A DNA stretch of 64,000 bases, taken from assembly GCA_964016885.1 (NCBI GenBank), contig OZ024748.1, positions 48,546,001-48,610,000 on the forward strand, given 5' to 3'. The notes beneath the pieces were generated by a model. It saw nothing but the letters and a program-made list of their open reading frames with translations. It was not told the origin of the DNA and searched no databases. A program made the translations under genes and the position numbers. The DNA comes from Eledone cirrhosa (taxonomy: Eukaryota). This document shows, piece after piece, positions 21,216-34,581 of the stretch. The first letter of the stretch is position 1. Each line of letters starts with the position of its first letter.

Positions 21216-21393
21216 TGCACGCATTATATCTGTGACATTTGCAGTTGTCTTTTTCTGATTTTAAATATATTCTGTTATGGCATATATACTGTAAAGCAAC
21301 AGACCCTAGCCACATGCACACACATACACATACACATATACATATATACACACACACATATCAACTATAATAATATGCCACCTGTGTTTGTAT

Positions 21394-21425
<32 letters not shown>

Positions 21426-21584
21426 TGTTTTTATTTAACACTTTTAAATTTATATACACATACACACATTTCATTTTCTATCTCAGCCATCTTAGTGCAA
21501 TAAGAATTTACTTTCCAATCACAAGGTCCTGGGTTCTAACCATTTTATTGCCCATGTAAATAGTTATATCAAGTGAGACCAACC

Positions 21585-21898
21585 GAGCTTATGGATGTTA
21601 TCGAAGCATCTTGCTCGTTTCCTTGTTTATCATCTTTTTTTGCTGTCTGGTTGACTTTACCCACAAAACCTTGTATTTGTGATCATATTATTTCAGTGAT
21701 GACCTTAGGTAAGGGTAGGCATTCATGAACATCAAAGTAAAGTTAACAAGTTTGGTTTTTACATCTACCGCCCTTCTTCTTCTGAAGTGCTGAAGTTGGT
21801 GCATTATTCTACCAGCTCCAGATATTCTTACATTAAACCTCTTGCTTTCCATCACTCGAGAAAAACAGCCCCGAGATACTTGAACTGTATTACATTAA
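21585..21898 (-). mobile_element. Degenerate RTE-clade (Expander/Rex3-like) ORF2 remnant
   Basis: Minus strand reads NVIQFKYLGAVF/SDGKQE...KTKL...PTLT.GH; its end (GAGCAAGATGCTTCGATAACATCCATAAGCT) matches 57490-57520. Confidence 0.6.
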
Positions 21899-22094
21899 AC
21901 AAATTCCCCTGGGTTAATTATAAAATGCCTTGTGCACACGGAACACATGAAAATAGTTAGTGTCAGCATAATTAGTCTAGTGAGTATTAAGAAACTAATT
22001 AAAAATACTTATGTAGTCAGGAAAAGAAAACATTAGCTTTAATGACTAATATAATTTTAATCACTTTCCCAAATATGGGAGATAACTCCAGTCA

Positions 22095-22575
22095 CACTAC
22101 ACTCACACGTGTGTGTCTGTCTCTGTGTGTATGTATACATGTGTGTGTGTATGTATACATGTGTGTATATGTGTATGTATGTATGTATGTGTGTGTGTGT
22201 GTGTATATATATACATGTGTGTGTATGTGTACATATGTATATGTATGTATGCACACACTCATGTATACACATATGTATGTATGCATATATATGTATATGT
22301 AAACATATATGTGCATATATGTATATGAATATATGTATGTATATATATATGTATATATACACATATATGTATGTATATATATATGTATATATACACATAT
22401 ATGTATATATATACATATATGTATATGAATATATGTATGTATATGAATATATGTATGTATATGAATATATGTATGTATATGAATATATGTGTATATACAC
22501 ATATATGTATATGAATATATGTATATATATATATGTATATATACACATATATGTATGTATATATGTATACATACA
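22095..22575. repeat. (TG)/(TA)/(TATG) compound microsatellite
   Basis: Low-complexity purine-pyrimidine alternation. Confidence 0.9.
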
Positions 22576-22576
22576 A

Positions 22577-23016
22577 GTTTACTTGGCGAGGAGGGAGATT
22601 TTGGACACCCTGCAGGACAAAAAACAAAACCTGACCAAGGGCGGAAGAACTCGTAAGAGTCAACGGCCATCCAAAAGTGTGTAAATATGTATATACACAT
22701 GTACCGCGAGGTTAAACCACTGGGAGTGAAGGACCCCTAGCCCTTGTGAGGGCATTCTTCTAGGAGAAGGCAACTCAGGAAACTGGGATAACTCCAATAT
22801 AAAACCTACAGCTCAGTAGTTACCAATGATGTTGATCTTTTCATTTCAGGTGATAGCTACTGTCGCTCAGAGAGTGGGATTGGCTCAGTGCACAGTCTTC
22901 CCTCACTTTAAAACATATCTTCATGCACAGGCATTGCTCGATAGAATTAATTAATAATTATTAATAATGGTATATCGTGCAATGGCCATACTCGATAACG
23001 AGGGGGCAGCCATCAT
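22577..23016 (+). mobile_element. Non-autonomous RTE-derived element (subfamily without the zinc-finger segment)
   Basis: Head TTGGACACCCTGCAGGACAAAAAACAAAACCTG...AAGAGTCAACGGCCATCCAAAA and tail GGCCATACTCGATAACGAGGGGGCAGCCATCAT, homologous to 62649-63094. Confidence 0.75.
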
Positions 23017-23104
23017 ATATATATGTATGGATACATATATGTATGTATATATATATATATATATATGTATGTATACATATATGTATACATACAGACACAT
23101 ATAT

Positions 23105-23544
23105 ATCATCATCACCGTTTTACGTCTGTTCTTCCATGCTAGCATGGGTTAGAGGGGTTGTCCTGTTCTGGGCAGTGCCCGGTCGGCTGACCTTGTCTTG
23201 CTCATACGGGAACTGATTCTGGCTTGCTTTCTACAGCTGGATGCCCTTACTAACACCAACCTCATTTACAGTGAGTGCTGGGTGCTTTATTTCTGTGGTG
23301 CCTACACGTCCACTTTACAGTGTGGGCTGGGTGCTTTTTTTTACCGTGGCGCCTACACGTCCACTTTGCAGTGGAATGATAGGGACCCCAGTCCTATCAT
23401 CTCATTTCTACAGCTGAGTAAACTGGAGCAATGTGAAATAAAGTGTCTTGCTCAAGGAAACAACACATCACCCGGTCCGAGAATTGAACTCACAACCTTT
23501 CGATCGCAAGCCCAATGCTCTAATCACTAAGCCATGCGCCTCCA
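23105..23544 (-). mobile_element. SINE family B (tRNA head, CORE/Meta-like centre, long RTE 3'-UTR tail)
   Basis: Minus strand GGAGGCGCATGGCTTAGTGATTAGAGC...GAGTTCAATTCTC...TTCCTTGAGCAAGACACTTT...AACCCATGCTAGCATGGAAGAACAGACGTAAAACGG(TGA)n. Confidence 0.9.
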
Positions 23545-23870
23545 TATATATATATATGTATGTATACATATATATATGCACGAGCTGAATTACCTGGTGT
23601 TGCCCGGGTTACTGTTGTTCTTATTCAGCTAGTAAATAATAAATATGAAGATATGTTTTTTTTTTGTTCTCATTATTATTTCAAAATATCTATATTTTAT
23701 TAAAAAAAACTATCAAAGTTGTAATGATAATTTAGAAATGAAAATCTGTCAATTTTGCAGCACCTTAGGGTAAACAATATTCATTGTGTAATTTTTTGTT
23801 GGTGTCCAAATGAATAAATTGTTGCTACACATTCACACACATACACTCTCATATACTAAGACAGACACAC

Positions 23871-24125
23871 ACAGACATACATTCATGCAGACATACACAT
23901 AGCTTTTCACCTCATTTTTGGTCAGTTGCTACATATGTGTAGATGTGTGTGTATTTAATCACGTACCTAATGAACGTGCACACACACACGCACACGCACA
24001 GACATACATTCACACAGACATACACATAGCTTTTCACCTCACTTTTTTTTTTGTCAAATATACATGTATCTGTAGATGTGTGTATTTAATAACATACCTA
24101 ATGAATGCGCACACACACACACACA
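23871..24125. repeat. Tandem duplication, period 127 bp
   Basis: ACAGACATACATTCA...ATAGCTTTTCACCTCA...GTATTTAAT...ACCTAATGAA starts at 23871 and 23998. Confidence 0.88.
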
Positions 24126-24461
24126 TACTCACACATACACACTCATATATAAAATATGACCTGACCTGAATTGTCTCATAACGTGACAACCTGTGTAACC
24201 CATGCAAGAATGGAAGGTGGATATTCGACGACATTGATAATATATGAATCAACCACGAGCTCACTAAGCAAAACTGCCAAGCCTGCAGGAGATCCTCAAC
24301 TTTTACTATTATGCTCCTTCTGCATCATACCATGTATTGAGTGCTTCTTTCATTTGTGATCTTCCTTGTTCCAGTACCACAGATTCTCTCTCTCTCTCTG
24401 TCTCTCTGTCTCTATATATATATATATATATATCAGTCACTGGTATACCTTTGCAGCTATA

Positions 24462-24664
24462 ACACACACACACCACACACACACCACACCCACACCACAC
24501 ACACACACACCACACACACACACCACACACACACACACACACACACCACACCACACCACACCACACCACACCACACCACACCACACCACACCACACCACA
24601 CCACACCACACCACACCACACCACACCACACCACACCACACCACACACACCACACCACACACAC
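24462..24664. repeat. (CA)n/(CACAC)n microsatellite
   Basis: Pure CACAC pentamer run at about 24545-24645. Confidence 0.95.
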
Positions 24665-25251
24665 TTTAAGGACTGAAACCAGCAAAAGAATAAAAGATAT
24701 CTGCAACATAGATGAATGCATGCATACATACATCATATATAGATATACATACACTAGTTGGAACATTCACACACATACATACATATATATACACACCATT
24801 TATAAATGTTATTAGGAATATCTTTTAGATAACATAGTGTAAACAACATTCTTCCATTTAATTTGCCATTTCGTTGAGAAGTCAAGGTAATTTTGTAGAG
24901 GTTTTAAATGTAATTTCACCATTTTTAAAATTTATATATTTATATATTTTAAAGTATTATTTCACCACCAACATATCAAAATATCTTCTTTTACTTGTAA
25001 TTTTTTGAAATATTTTGTTAGGTTTTAATGAATGTATAACGAAGAGTCTTTTCTTTAGATTTGCTATTTTGAAACTTAAGAAATACATAGAACTAGCGCT
25101 AGCTAATAATTTTAAAAGTTAAAGCAATGATAATTATTCAAAGAACAATTTTAGACTTTCAATTATTTCTGTTTAACAATAGGCATTGTTTAAATGTCAG
25201 CATTTTCTAAATTTTATGTTGTCTCTTGTATTTCACATGTCTTGTATTTGC

Positions 25252-25393
25252 TATATATATATATATATATATATATAACTGTGTATATATATATATATAT
25301 ATAAATATATATATGCAATTGTGTATATATATATATATACAACTGTGTGTATATATATATAACTGTGTGTATATATATATATATATATATAAC

Positions 25394-25436
<43 letters not shown>

Positions 25437-25549
25437 CTGTGTGTATGTATATATATATATAACTGTGTGTATGTATATATATATATAACTGTGTGTATAT
25501 ATATATATATATATAACTGTGTGTGTATATATATATATATATATATAAC

Positions 25550-25590
<41 letters not shown>

Positions 25591-25677
25591 CTGTGTGTAT
25601 ATATATATATATATAACTGTGTGTATATATATATATATATATATAACTGTGTGTATATATATATATATATATATAAC

Positions 25678-25708
<31 letters not shown>

Positions 25709-25709
25709 C

Positions 25710-25740
<31 letters not shown>

Positions 25741-25860
25741 CTGTGTGTATATATATATATATATAACTGTGTGTATATATATATATATAAAACTGTGTGT
25801 ATATATATATATATATATATAACTGTATATATATATAACTGTGTATATATATATATATAA

Positions 25861-25931
<71 letters not shown>

Positions 25932-25932
25932 A

Positions 25933-25965
<33 letters not shown>

Positions 25966-26018
25966 ACTGTGTATATATATATATATATATAACTGTGTAT
26001 ATATATATATATATATAT
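25252..26018. repeat. (TA)n-AACTGTG satellite
   Basis: Repeated TATAACTGTGTG(TA)n units. Confidence 0.95.
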
Positions 26019-26338
26019 GTGGTTAGAGCATTGGCCTTGCAATCGAAAGGTTGTGAGTTGAATTCTCAGACCGGGTGATGTGTTGTTTCCTTGAGCAAGA
26101 CACTTTATTTCACATTGTTCCAGTTTACTCAGCTGTAGAAATGAGATGATAGGGGCTGAGGTCCCTGTCATTCCACTGCAGAGTGGTCGTGGAGGTGCCA
26201 CGGCAAAAAAGCACCCAGCACTCACTGTAAATGAGGTTGGTGTTAAGAAGGGCATCCAGCTGTAGAAATCAAGCCAGAATCAGTTCCCATCCCACTCTTG
26301 CAAGCAGGGAAAAGCGGACGTAAAATGATGATGATGAT
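26019..26338 (+). mobile_element. SINE family B copy with short alternative tail
   Basis: Near-identical to 60563-60913; tail CCCACTCTTGCAAGCAGGGAAAAGCGGACGTAAAA(TGA)n. Confidence 0.9.
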
Positions 26339-26394
26339 ATGCAACTGTGTGTATATATATATATATATGCAACTGTGTATATATATATATGCAA

Positions 26395-26435
<41 letters not shown>

Positions 26436-26539
26436 ACTGTGTATATATATATATATGCAACTGTGTATGTATATGTACATATGTATGCATGTGTATATAT
26501 GTACATTTATGTGTGTATATGTATGAATATGTTTGTATA

Positions 26540-26573
<34 letters not shown>

Positions 26574-26667
26574 CATGTATATATGTGTATATATGCACAC
26601 ACACACATACACATATATACACACACACATACACATATATACACACACACATATATACATACATACA

Positions 26668-26719
<52 letters not shown>

Positions 26720-26932
26720 TATATATATATGCACACACACACACACACACACAAATACACACATTGTTTAGTTTCTTCGTATATGATCTCAACTTAAAGT
26801 GAGCTGAAAGTGGACAATTTTTAATGTTTATTAGTGAAACATTTATTTCAACTCTGAAAGTCTGAAAGATCGTTGAACATACTGAATAAACAAAGAATTT
26901 ATAATCTGTTTTCAGATGATACTTCAAAGGTA

Positions 26933-26970
<38 letters not shown>

Positions 26971-27131
26971 AATTACACATATAACTATATACATACACAT
27001 AAGCATACGTGTGTGTTTGTGGGCACATATATTTATATGTGTGTATATTTGCGTATGTTTATGTGTATTTGTGTGTACGTTATATAATTGTATACACATG
27101 CAAACATATACATATGTGTTTGTGTGCACAC

Positions 27132-27511
27132 ATATATATATGGATATATATATATATGGATATATATATGGATATATATATGGATATATATATATATGGA
27201 TATATATATGGATATATATATGGATATATATATATATATGGATATATATATGTGGATATATATATATATATGTGGATATATATATATATATATGTGGATA
27301 TATATATATATATATGTGGATATATATATATATATATATGTGGATATATATATATATATATGTGGATATATATATATATATATGGATATATATATATATA
27401 TATGCATATATATATATATATATATATGGATATATATATATATATATGGATATATATATATATGGATATATATATATATATATATGGATATATATATATA
27501 TATATATATAT

Positions 27512-27547
<36 letters not shown>

Positions 27548-28135
27548 ATATATATATATATATATATATATGGATATATATATATATATATATATGGATA
27601 TATATATATATATATATATATATGGATATATATATATATATGGATATATATATATATATATATGGATATATATATATATATATGGATATATATATATATA
27701 TATATGGATATATATATATATATATATGGATATATATATATATATATATGGATATATATATATATATATATGGATATATATATATATATATATGGATATA
27801 TATATATATATATATATATATATGGATATATATATATATATATATATGGATATATATATATATATATATATGGATATATATATATATATATATGGATATA
27901 TATATATATATATATATGGATATATATATATATATATATATGGATATATATATATATATATATGGATATATATATATATATATATGGATATATATATATA
28001 TATATATGGATATGGATATATATATATATGGATGGATATATATATATATGGATGGATATATATATATATATATGGATATATATATATATATATGGATATA
28101 TATATATATATATGGATATATATATATATATATGT
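27132..28135. repeat. (TA)n-TGGA satellite
   Basis: Repeated TGGA(TA)n units. Confidence 0.96.
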
Positions 28136-28487
28136 GCATACATATATATATATGCACATAAATACACAGATAAATATGTGCATGTGTGTTTATGTATGTG
28201 TTTGTGTGTATGCGTTTTTATATATATATATATATATATATCTGTGTGTGTGTATGTATGTGTTTATTATATGTTTGTGTGTGTGCACACCTCAAATTTG
28301 CTATATTGACATTTAGAATGTAATTTATATGAGATTACAAAGTTAAAAATAAAGCAACTTTTCTTCCCTTAAAATAGTTTCTGTATAAAGTTTTCTTTGT
28401 TTTTGCCACAATAATTGAATTATTACTTATTGATCTCTCTTGTAGATACACTTGTACTGTTTAAATATGATATCAGTATTATTTCAT

Positions 28488-29095
28488 AGAGCTGTGGATT
28501 GGTAGAATCGGTAGAGCATTGGACAACATGCTCTGAGGCATCGTTAACGGCCCTTTACATTCTGAGTTGGAATTCTGTCAAGGTTAACTTTGCCTTTCAT
28601 CCTTATGGGGTTCGATAAATTAAACCACCAGTAATGCGCTAGGGTCAATTTAATTGACTTTCCTCATCCCTTCAAATTCAGTGCCCCTGTGTTAAATGTA
28701 GAAACAATTATTATTTCTCTGCCTGGGCAGAGTTGATTGGCAGAATCAGTAGATTGTTGAACAGAATTCTCTGCCACAGTTGTTAACAATTTCTATGTTC
28801 TGAGTTCAAATCCTGGCACGGTCAACTTTGTCTTTCATCCTTTCAAAGTCAATAAAGTACCAGGGTTGATAGAATCTATTTTCTCATCCCCCAAATTGTT
28901 GGCCTTTTGCCAATGTTAGAAAGAATAATTTATCCAAATCCCACTGAGGTGTAATTTGCCTTTTTTGTCCTTCTGGAGGGTCATTAAATAAAGTACGAGA
29001 GGGGACAGTGGACTAGTAGATTGTTAGACAGGATACCTTCAGGTATTTGTTCCAGCTCTTTGTTTTCTGAGTTCAACTCATTGCTCAGATTAACA
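28488..29095 (+). mobile_element. Head-to-tail cluster of 3-4 degenerate SINE family A copies
   Basis: Recurrent GATTGG(T/C)AGAATC, TTCTGAGTT(G/C), AACTTTG(C/T)CTTTCATCCTT and TAGAAA(C/G)AAT motifs at about 28490, 28730, 28940 and 29005. Confidence 0.75.
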
Positions 29096-30232
29096 CCTTA
29101 ATCCATTGCTTGGTTTAACACTACCATCCAGACCCTTGGGTGGTAGACAGTCCATCACTTAGTTTGACACCATCATCTGGTTCTTGAGTACCTTTAGTAG
29201 AGTCTACTCTGTTATAAGTAATGAGGCCAGGTCTATGGATAACTTTCTCCCTCACTTCCTTCCTCTCACCTTTCTACTAGTCTCTGTGGTCATTGATATT
29301 GCTCTTCCTCCTCATTAAGCAAAAAAGAAAAAGAAATGACTGCAAATGCTCTACTTAAAACTTGGCAGCCATCAGCCAGGCTGAGGGAATCATGTCTATA
29401 GATTATTAGGTTCTGTTGTCTAATTATTAGGTTTAATCTTTTAATCTAGTGTTGTGTGCAATATTCTCATCAAAAATATTTGGGTTTTCAAAGAGAAATA
29501 TCCAATTGGGTCATTTATGGTTTCCTATGTCTTAAATTGTAGATAAGTTTGCTGGACACTTAAGTCCACTAATTCTTGTAACCTAGAAAACACGCTGTCT
29601 GTTCTCTTTTATTTAATATGTTCTGGCAGTCACCACCTCCACCACATCCACCAGAACCACATCCACTGCCACCAACACCACTATCACCACCACGCCACAC
29701 CACACCACCACCATTATTTATTTTCTATGCTTGCATGGGTTAAACTGGGTTGTTGGATATAACCTGTGTGAGCCTAACATTTTCCAACCTAGTACTATCA
29801 ACCTACACACCAAATTTTATTATCTTTCTCTCTCTTTCAGTTTTTATTACTATTTTACAGCTAACTCTTCTTCACTCACCATATATTACCTCTTCACATT
29901 AAACATTCAAGCAATTCATTTTAATTGACAATATGCAATCACTTCTTCACATCCATTACATTTGTCCTAAACACCAGAACTAATTCCACTTTAGCCTTCT
30001 GTTTAACTACACACGTTTTGTTTGTATATTGTATTGCAGTATTTCCTAACCCAGGATCTGCAACAGTAGTTCTGGAAGTCTGTCTGTTAAGTTCAGTATT
30101 TCCAGCACTTTGTAAAAAGGTTATGTCCACATTGTTGGGTATCTTCTCTAAAGTATAAACATCTTTCTCTTTTGGTTGTAATTCTCACCATATAATGATT
30201 GTAGCAGGGGTTTGTGGGAAAAATTCACTTAA

Positions 30233-31035
30233 TCCTTTTGATACCAAATTGCCTCAAATCAACCCCTGCTTCTATGGTACAAATTTATTTATTTTAAAGT
30301 GTTTATATTAATCAAACATCTTCAAGTATAATCTTATGTAAGAACTTTTGTTACGTTCTACACTCTTGATAAAGAATGAGAAAGTTGCAAATGTTTTCAA
30401 ATTCTTGATTATTTTCATAATTATGTAAGTAGCTGAGTATTCCTCAGACACATATACTCTAGAACAGGGGTCCCCAACCTTTTGGGTCTGCGAGCCGGAT
30501 AGCCATGCAGCGGTGGCTCTGTGGGCCAGATGCGCAATTAATACTACTTAATCCCTTATGTTAGATTTGAAACAAAATTCAATATTGATACTTAGAGCTG
30601 TCCCAAGCAGAAAAAAATACATTTAAACATTGTTTTATTCAACAATATCGATAGATCGGGTGCAAATTTATTGCAAACTGTATCCCTTTTTAGAACCCTC
30701 GCGGGCAGGATAAAGGCCTTCGTGGGCCAGATTGAAACCCTTTGTGGGCCAGATATGGCCCAGGGGTTGAGGGCCCCTTCTCTAGAACAACAAAAATATA
30801 ATAGAATAAAAATAAAAATAAAACAGGAAAGGAAAAGGGGCGGGAGACTCTTCACCCCAGTCTGAGTAGTTTCTCTTAGCTGCGTCCTGCAGAGAAAATG
30901 GTAAAGGCATTGCCATGGAGAACAGTCAGCAACACACGCTGCAATAACCACTGCCTCACAAGGCTTCTCCCTTATGTAGGCGGCCATTTTTTTGATAGGC
31001 AGTATCTTTCATTAGAAATAATGATAATGAAGGGG
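30233..31035. mobile_element. Degenerate TTAA-flanked (piggyBac/Kolobok-type) MITE, interrupted by insertions
   Basis: TTAA|TCCTTTTGATACCAAA ... GAAATAATGATAATGAAGGGG|TTAA; internal TTCAAATTCTTGATTATTTTCA shared with 56625-57021. Confidence 0.6.
30465..30779. mobile_element. hAT-Charlie-type MITE
   Basis: 8-bp TSD CTCTAGAA (30457-30464; 30780-30787); TIRs CAGGGGTCCCCAACC / GGTTGAGGGCCCCTT; repeated GGGCCAGAT subterminal motifs. Confidence 0.9.
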
Positions 31036-31289
31036 TTAAATAAATAGCCTAGACAACTTGGTAAAGAATAGTTAGGGTTTCACTCGTTTACACAATCAAA
31101 CTTCAGTTATATGTACCAATAATTTTCTGTAATTTTTTTTTTAACAAGAGTTCTTTTGTTAATAGCAGGGTCAATAAGTTCAACAAAATTTTCTACTTTC
31201 CACATTAGACATTGTAGCTGCTGTAAACCAATGGCAGAATTTAATGAGAAGGGTCTTTATACCATTGATGGAAGTCTAAGTGTCTTGAA

Positions 31290-31532
31290 CCCAGAGCCTC
31301 ATCAGGTTGGTGCTAGGCTTTTGTTAAGTGACTGAGAGTACAAGACTCCTCCCTGGACAGGACGCCAATCCATCACAGAGTTAAATAAACTCTTGAGCTA
31401 TTGCTGGTACTCACTGTCAGCTGAGTATACTGGAGCAATGGGAAATAAAGTGTTTTGCTCAAGAGCACAATGCAACAGCCTATCCTGAAATTGAACCGAT
31501 GACAAGCATCCTATCCATTAGGCCATGTGGTT
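31290..31532 (-). mobile_element. Older SINE sharing the family B head/centre but with a third tail type
   Basis: CAGCTGAGTATACTGGAGCAATGGGAAATAAAGTGTTTTGCTCAAG matches the family B centre; the adjacent tail (CTCCTCCCTGGACAGGACGCCAATCCATCACAG) differs. Confidence 0.7.
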
Positions 31533-31648
31533 GACACATACACACACACACCACACAACACATGCCCCCCCCCCCCGATATATCACCATCGTTTAACGTC
31601 CTTCTTCCACGCTAGCAAGGGTGTGTGTATAATATATATATATATATA

Positions 31649-32246
31649 TGGGCTGTGACTGCAGATAACATGCATAGACTAGAGAGAAATGAAACAACCA
31701 TGCTTCGCTGGATGTGCCATGTAAGTGAGAGAGAAAGGCAGAGCTTGGACGTGCTGAAGGAGAAGCTGGGTTTAACCCTTTAGCATTTAAACCAGCCATA
31801 TCCAGCCAGAATTCTCTCACCTCTTTCTGTTCAAACCAGCCATAACCAGCCCCCATACTGATGTTAAGGTATTGTTCTCAAAATAAATAACATCAAAATC
31901 TCATAGATTCAATATTAAGTGAAATAATTATGTGAGATAAAGCCTTTACTGCGAAAATACAATATTAATTATAGAGTAATGTGAATCCTAAAGGGTTAAG
32001 AGGAATCCGAGATGGTGTGCAGAAGAGAAAACTGCATTGTTACGGACATGTGATGCGCATGGATGATGATTGAGGGGTGAAAAAGTGCCAGGAAATCCCA
32101 GTGGAAGGAAGCTGCAATAGAAATAAACCAAGAAAGACCTGGTAGAGGTGCTTCAAATCATTGAGACTTGCAAAGAGTGGCAAGATGCTGTGCTGAGAAA
32201 GACCCATTCAACCCATGCAAATGTGGAAAAACCGACGTAAAAATGA

Positions 32247-32250
<4 letters not shown>
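31649..32250 (+). mobile_element. 5'-truncated RTE-clade LINE (ORF2 C-terminus and tail), interrupted by a MITE
   Basis: WAVTADNMHRLERNETTMLRWMCHVSERERQSLDVLKEKLGL|RGIRDGVQKRKLHCYGHVMRMDDD*GVKKCQEIPVEGSCNRNKPRKTW; ends AACCCATGCAAATGTGGAAAAACCGACGTAAAAATGATGAT. Confidence 0.88.
31776..31995. mobile_element. 220-bp MITE with TTAA TSD (piggyBac/Kolobok-type target)
   Basis: TTAA|CCCTTTAGCATT ... AATCCTAAAGGG|TTAA; removal restores the RTE reading frame. Confidence 0.92.
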
Positions 32251-32289
<39 letters not shown>

Positions 32290-32702
32290 CATACACACAG
32301 AAACACATACATAAAAACAACAAACAACAAACCTTACAATAAAAATACATCGTTCATTCCCTTTCTGGCACAAATCCAAACTCTATTTCATCATCCTTCA
32401 CTTTTTTCCATATCTTCTTTTCTAACTCTCTTTCCAATACGTTCACCCCATGTTCCAATACGTTCACCCCATGTGTCAATCACGTAATTGCTCTATACCA
32501 GCCACAGTCTAAAGGGTCACCTTTTCCCTTTTTTAACTTTGTTTAGCAATGAAAATGAAACTATATTAGGTTGCAAAAATAGATGAAAATTGCTCACATT
32601 AGACAATAATACTTTAGACAACTCCCTTTGATCTGTTAATTGAATTTCACTTGTTTCTCGGTCTTATTCAATGGATGTGTGCATGTGTTTCTCAGTATTA
32701 TT

Positions 32703-32738
<36 letters not shown>

Positions 32739-33539
32739 TGTGTATTTATCATCATCATCATTTTGTGTGTTCTCCATGCTGGCATGGTCATTGTGGCCTG
32801 AGTCAGTTCTTATTCAGTTATGGCCTTACCTAGAGGGATCAGGTACCATTCTTCACTCTTGATATCTATGCCAGGATGCCCTTCTTTACACCAGTCACGT
32901 GATTTTCGGAAGTATTTACTCATGGCACCGTCTCACTAGAAAAGTTTTTTTTTTTTTTTACTTTTGAAGGATCGACAAAATCTCAGACCTCACTTACCAC
33001 GTGGGGTGGATCTGATTAGATCAGACAAAGGAAACAATATTTCCATTGGTCCTTTCAATGGGAAGTTATTATATCATCAACAAATCTAAAGAATCTTCTC
33101 TACTCTGCCTTGTTTCTGTTTAATTGCCACTTTAGAGTGTATGTATGAATCTGTGTTGGGCTAGGCTAGAATCAGAGATGTGTGTGTGTCAGAAAATAGA
33201 CTGACCTGTTTTTGTTTTTTTTGTTGTGTGTATCTTTCATAAAGTTTGTGTTTACAAAGGAAATAGCATAATGAAATACCAACTGGAAAAAATGTCAGAA
33301 CATTCAGCCTCAGTGCAACAACAACAACGACAACAACATAAGCTGTGTTTTAACAGGAGTTCTAGTTAACAACAGTAACATCATCATCATCAGCAATATC
33401 ATCATCAGCAACAGTAACAACATGCTCCACTTAACATATGTATCTTACTATAAATTTCTTTACAATAAATGATCTTATTTTATTATTATTTATGGGGTGG
33501 GGGTGGGGGGGGGGTTATAGTTGATATAATTAACACCTC

Positions 33540-34490
33540 CTGCTACCATCATTGCCACCATCATCATCATCACTATCATCATCACCATCACCATCACCAT
33601 CACCATCACCCCCTCTCACCAGCACCACCACCACCACTCACAACTCCCTCCCTCACCACTCTCACAACCCCCCGCTGCCATGACCCCCCCCCCCCCCCCC
33701 CCCTCAACACTACCACCACTGCCATCACCACCCTCACTACCCCTCCTCCTTACCGCTACCACTCCCACTACCGCCATCACTACCCTCATCACCGCCATCA
33801 TCACCCTCACTACCACCACCCTCACCACCACACTGCCACCACCCTCACTATGCCTTCCTCATCACCACATTTCTAACCCCCCCCCCCCCCACTCCCTGCT
33901 ACCTCCCTTACCACCACCACTCTCACCCCACTCCCGCTACCTCCCTTTCCACCACAACCACCACTCCCACTACTCCCTCACCACCACCCTCACTACCTCC
34001 TCATCACCACCCTCACTACCTCCTCACCGCCACCCCCATTACCCCTCGCCACCACCCTCACTACCCCCTCACCACCACCACACCCTCACAACCCTACCCC
34101 CTCACCATCACCACCCTCACTACCTCCTCACCACCACCCTCACTACCTCCTCACCACCACCCTCACTACCTCCTCACCACCACCCTCACTACCTCCTCAC
34201 CACCACCACACCCTCACAACCCTACCGCCTCACCATCACCACCCTCACTACTCCCTCACCACCACCCTCACTACCTCCTCACCATCACCACCCTCACTAC
34301 TCCCTCACCATCACCACCCTCACTACTCCCTCACCATCACCCTCACTACCTCCTCACCACCACCCTCATTACCCCCTCCCCCTCACCACCACCACCCGCA
34401 CTACCTCCTCACCACCACCCTCACTACTCCCTCACCACCACCCTCATTACCCCCTCCCCTACATCACCACACCCTCACTACCCCCCACCC
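33540..34490. repeat. CAC-rich degenerate minisatellite (CACCACCACCCTCACTACCTCCT-like units)
   Basis: Recurrent ~23-bp unit with poly-C runs. Confidence 0.9.
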
Positions 34491-34581
34491 AGAGGTGTGT
34501 TGTTAATGAGTCATTTACCAACAAATGTTTACAAAATGTAATCTTATTAATTACATTTATTGAAAGGCTAACATGGCATGT

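Noticed and set aside
26873-28316. ORFs of 350-480 aa in all six frames
   Set aside because: TGGA(TA)n satellite artefacts.
33271-33430. Short Gln-rich ORF MKYQLEKMSEHSASVQQQQRQQHK
   Set aside because: Stops after about 32 codons, is CAA/CAT-repeat derived and has no clear splice sites.
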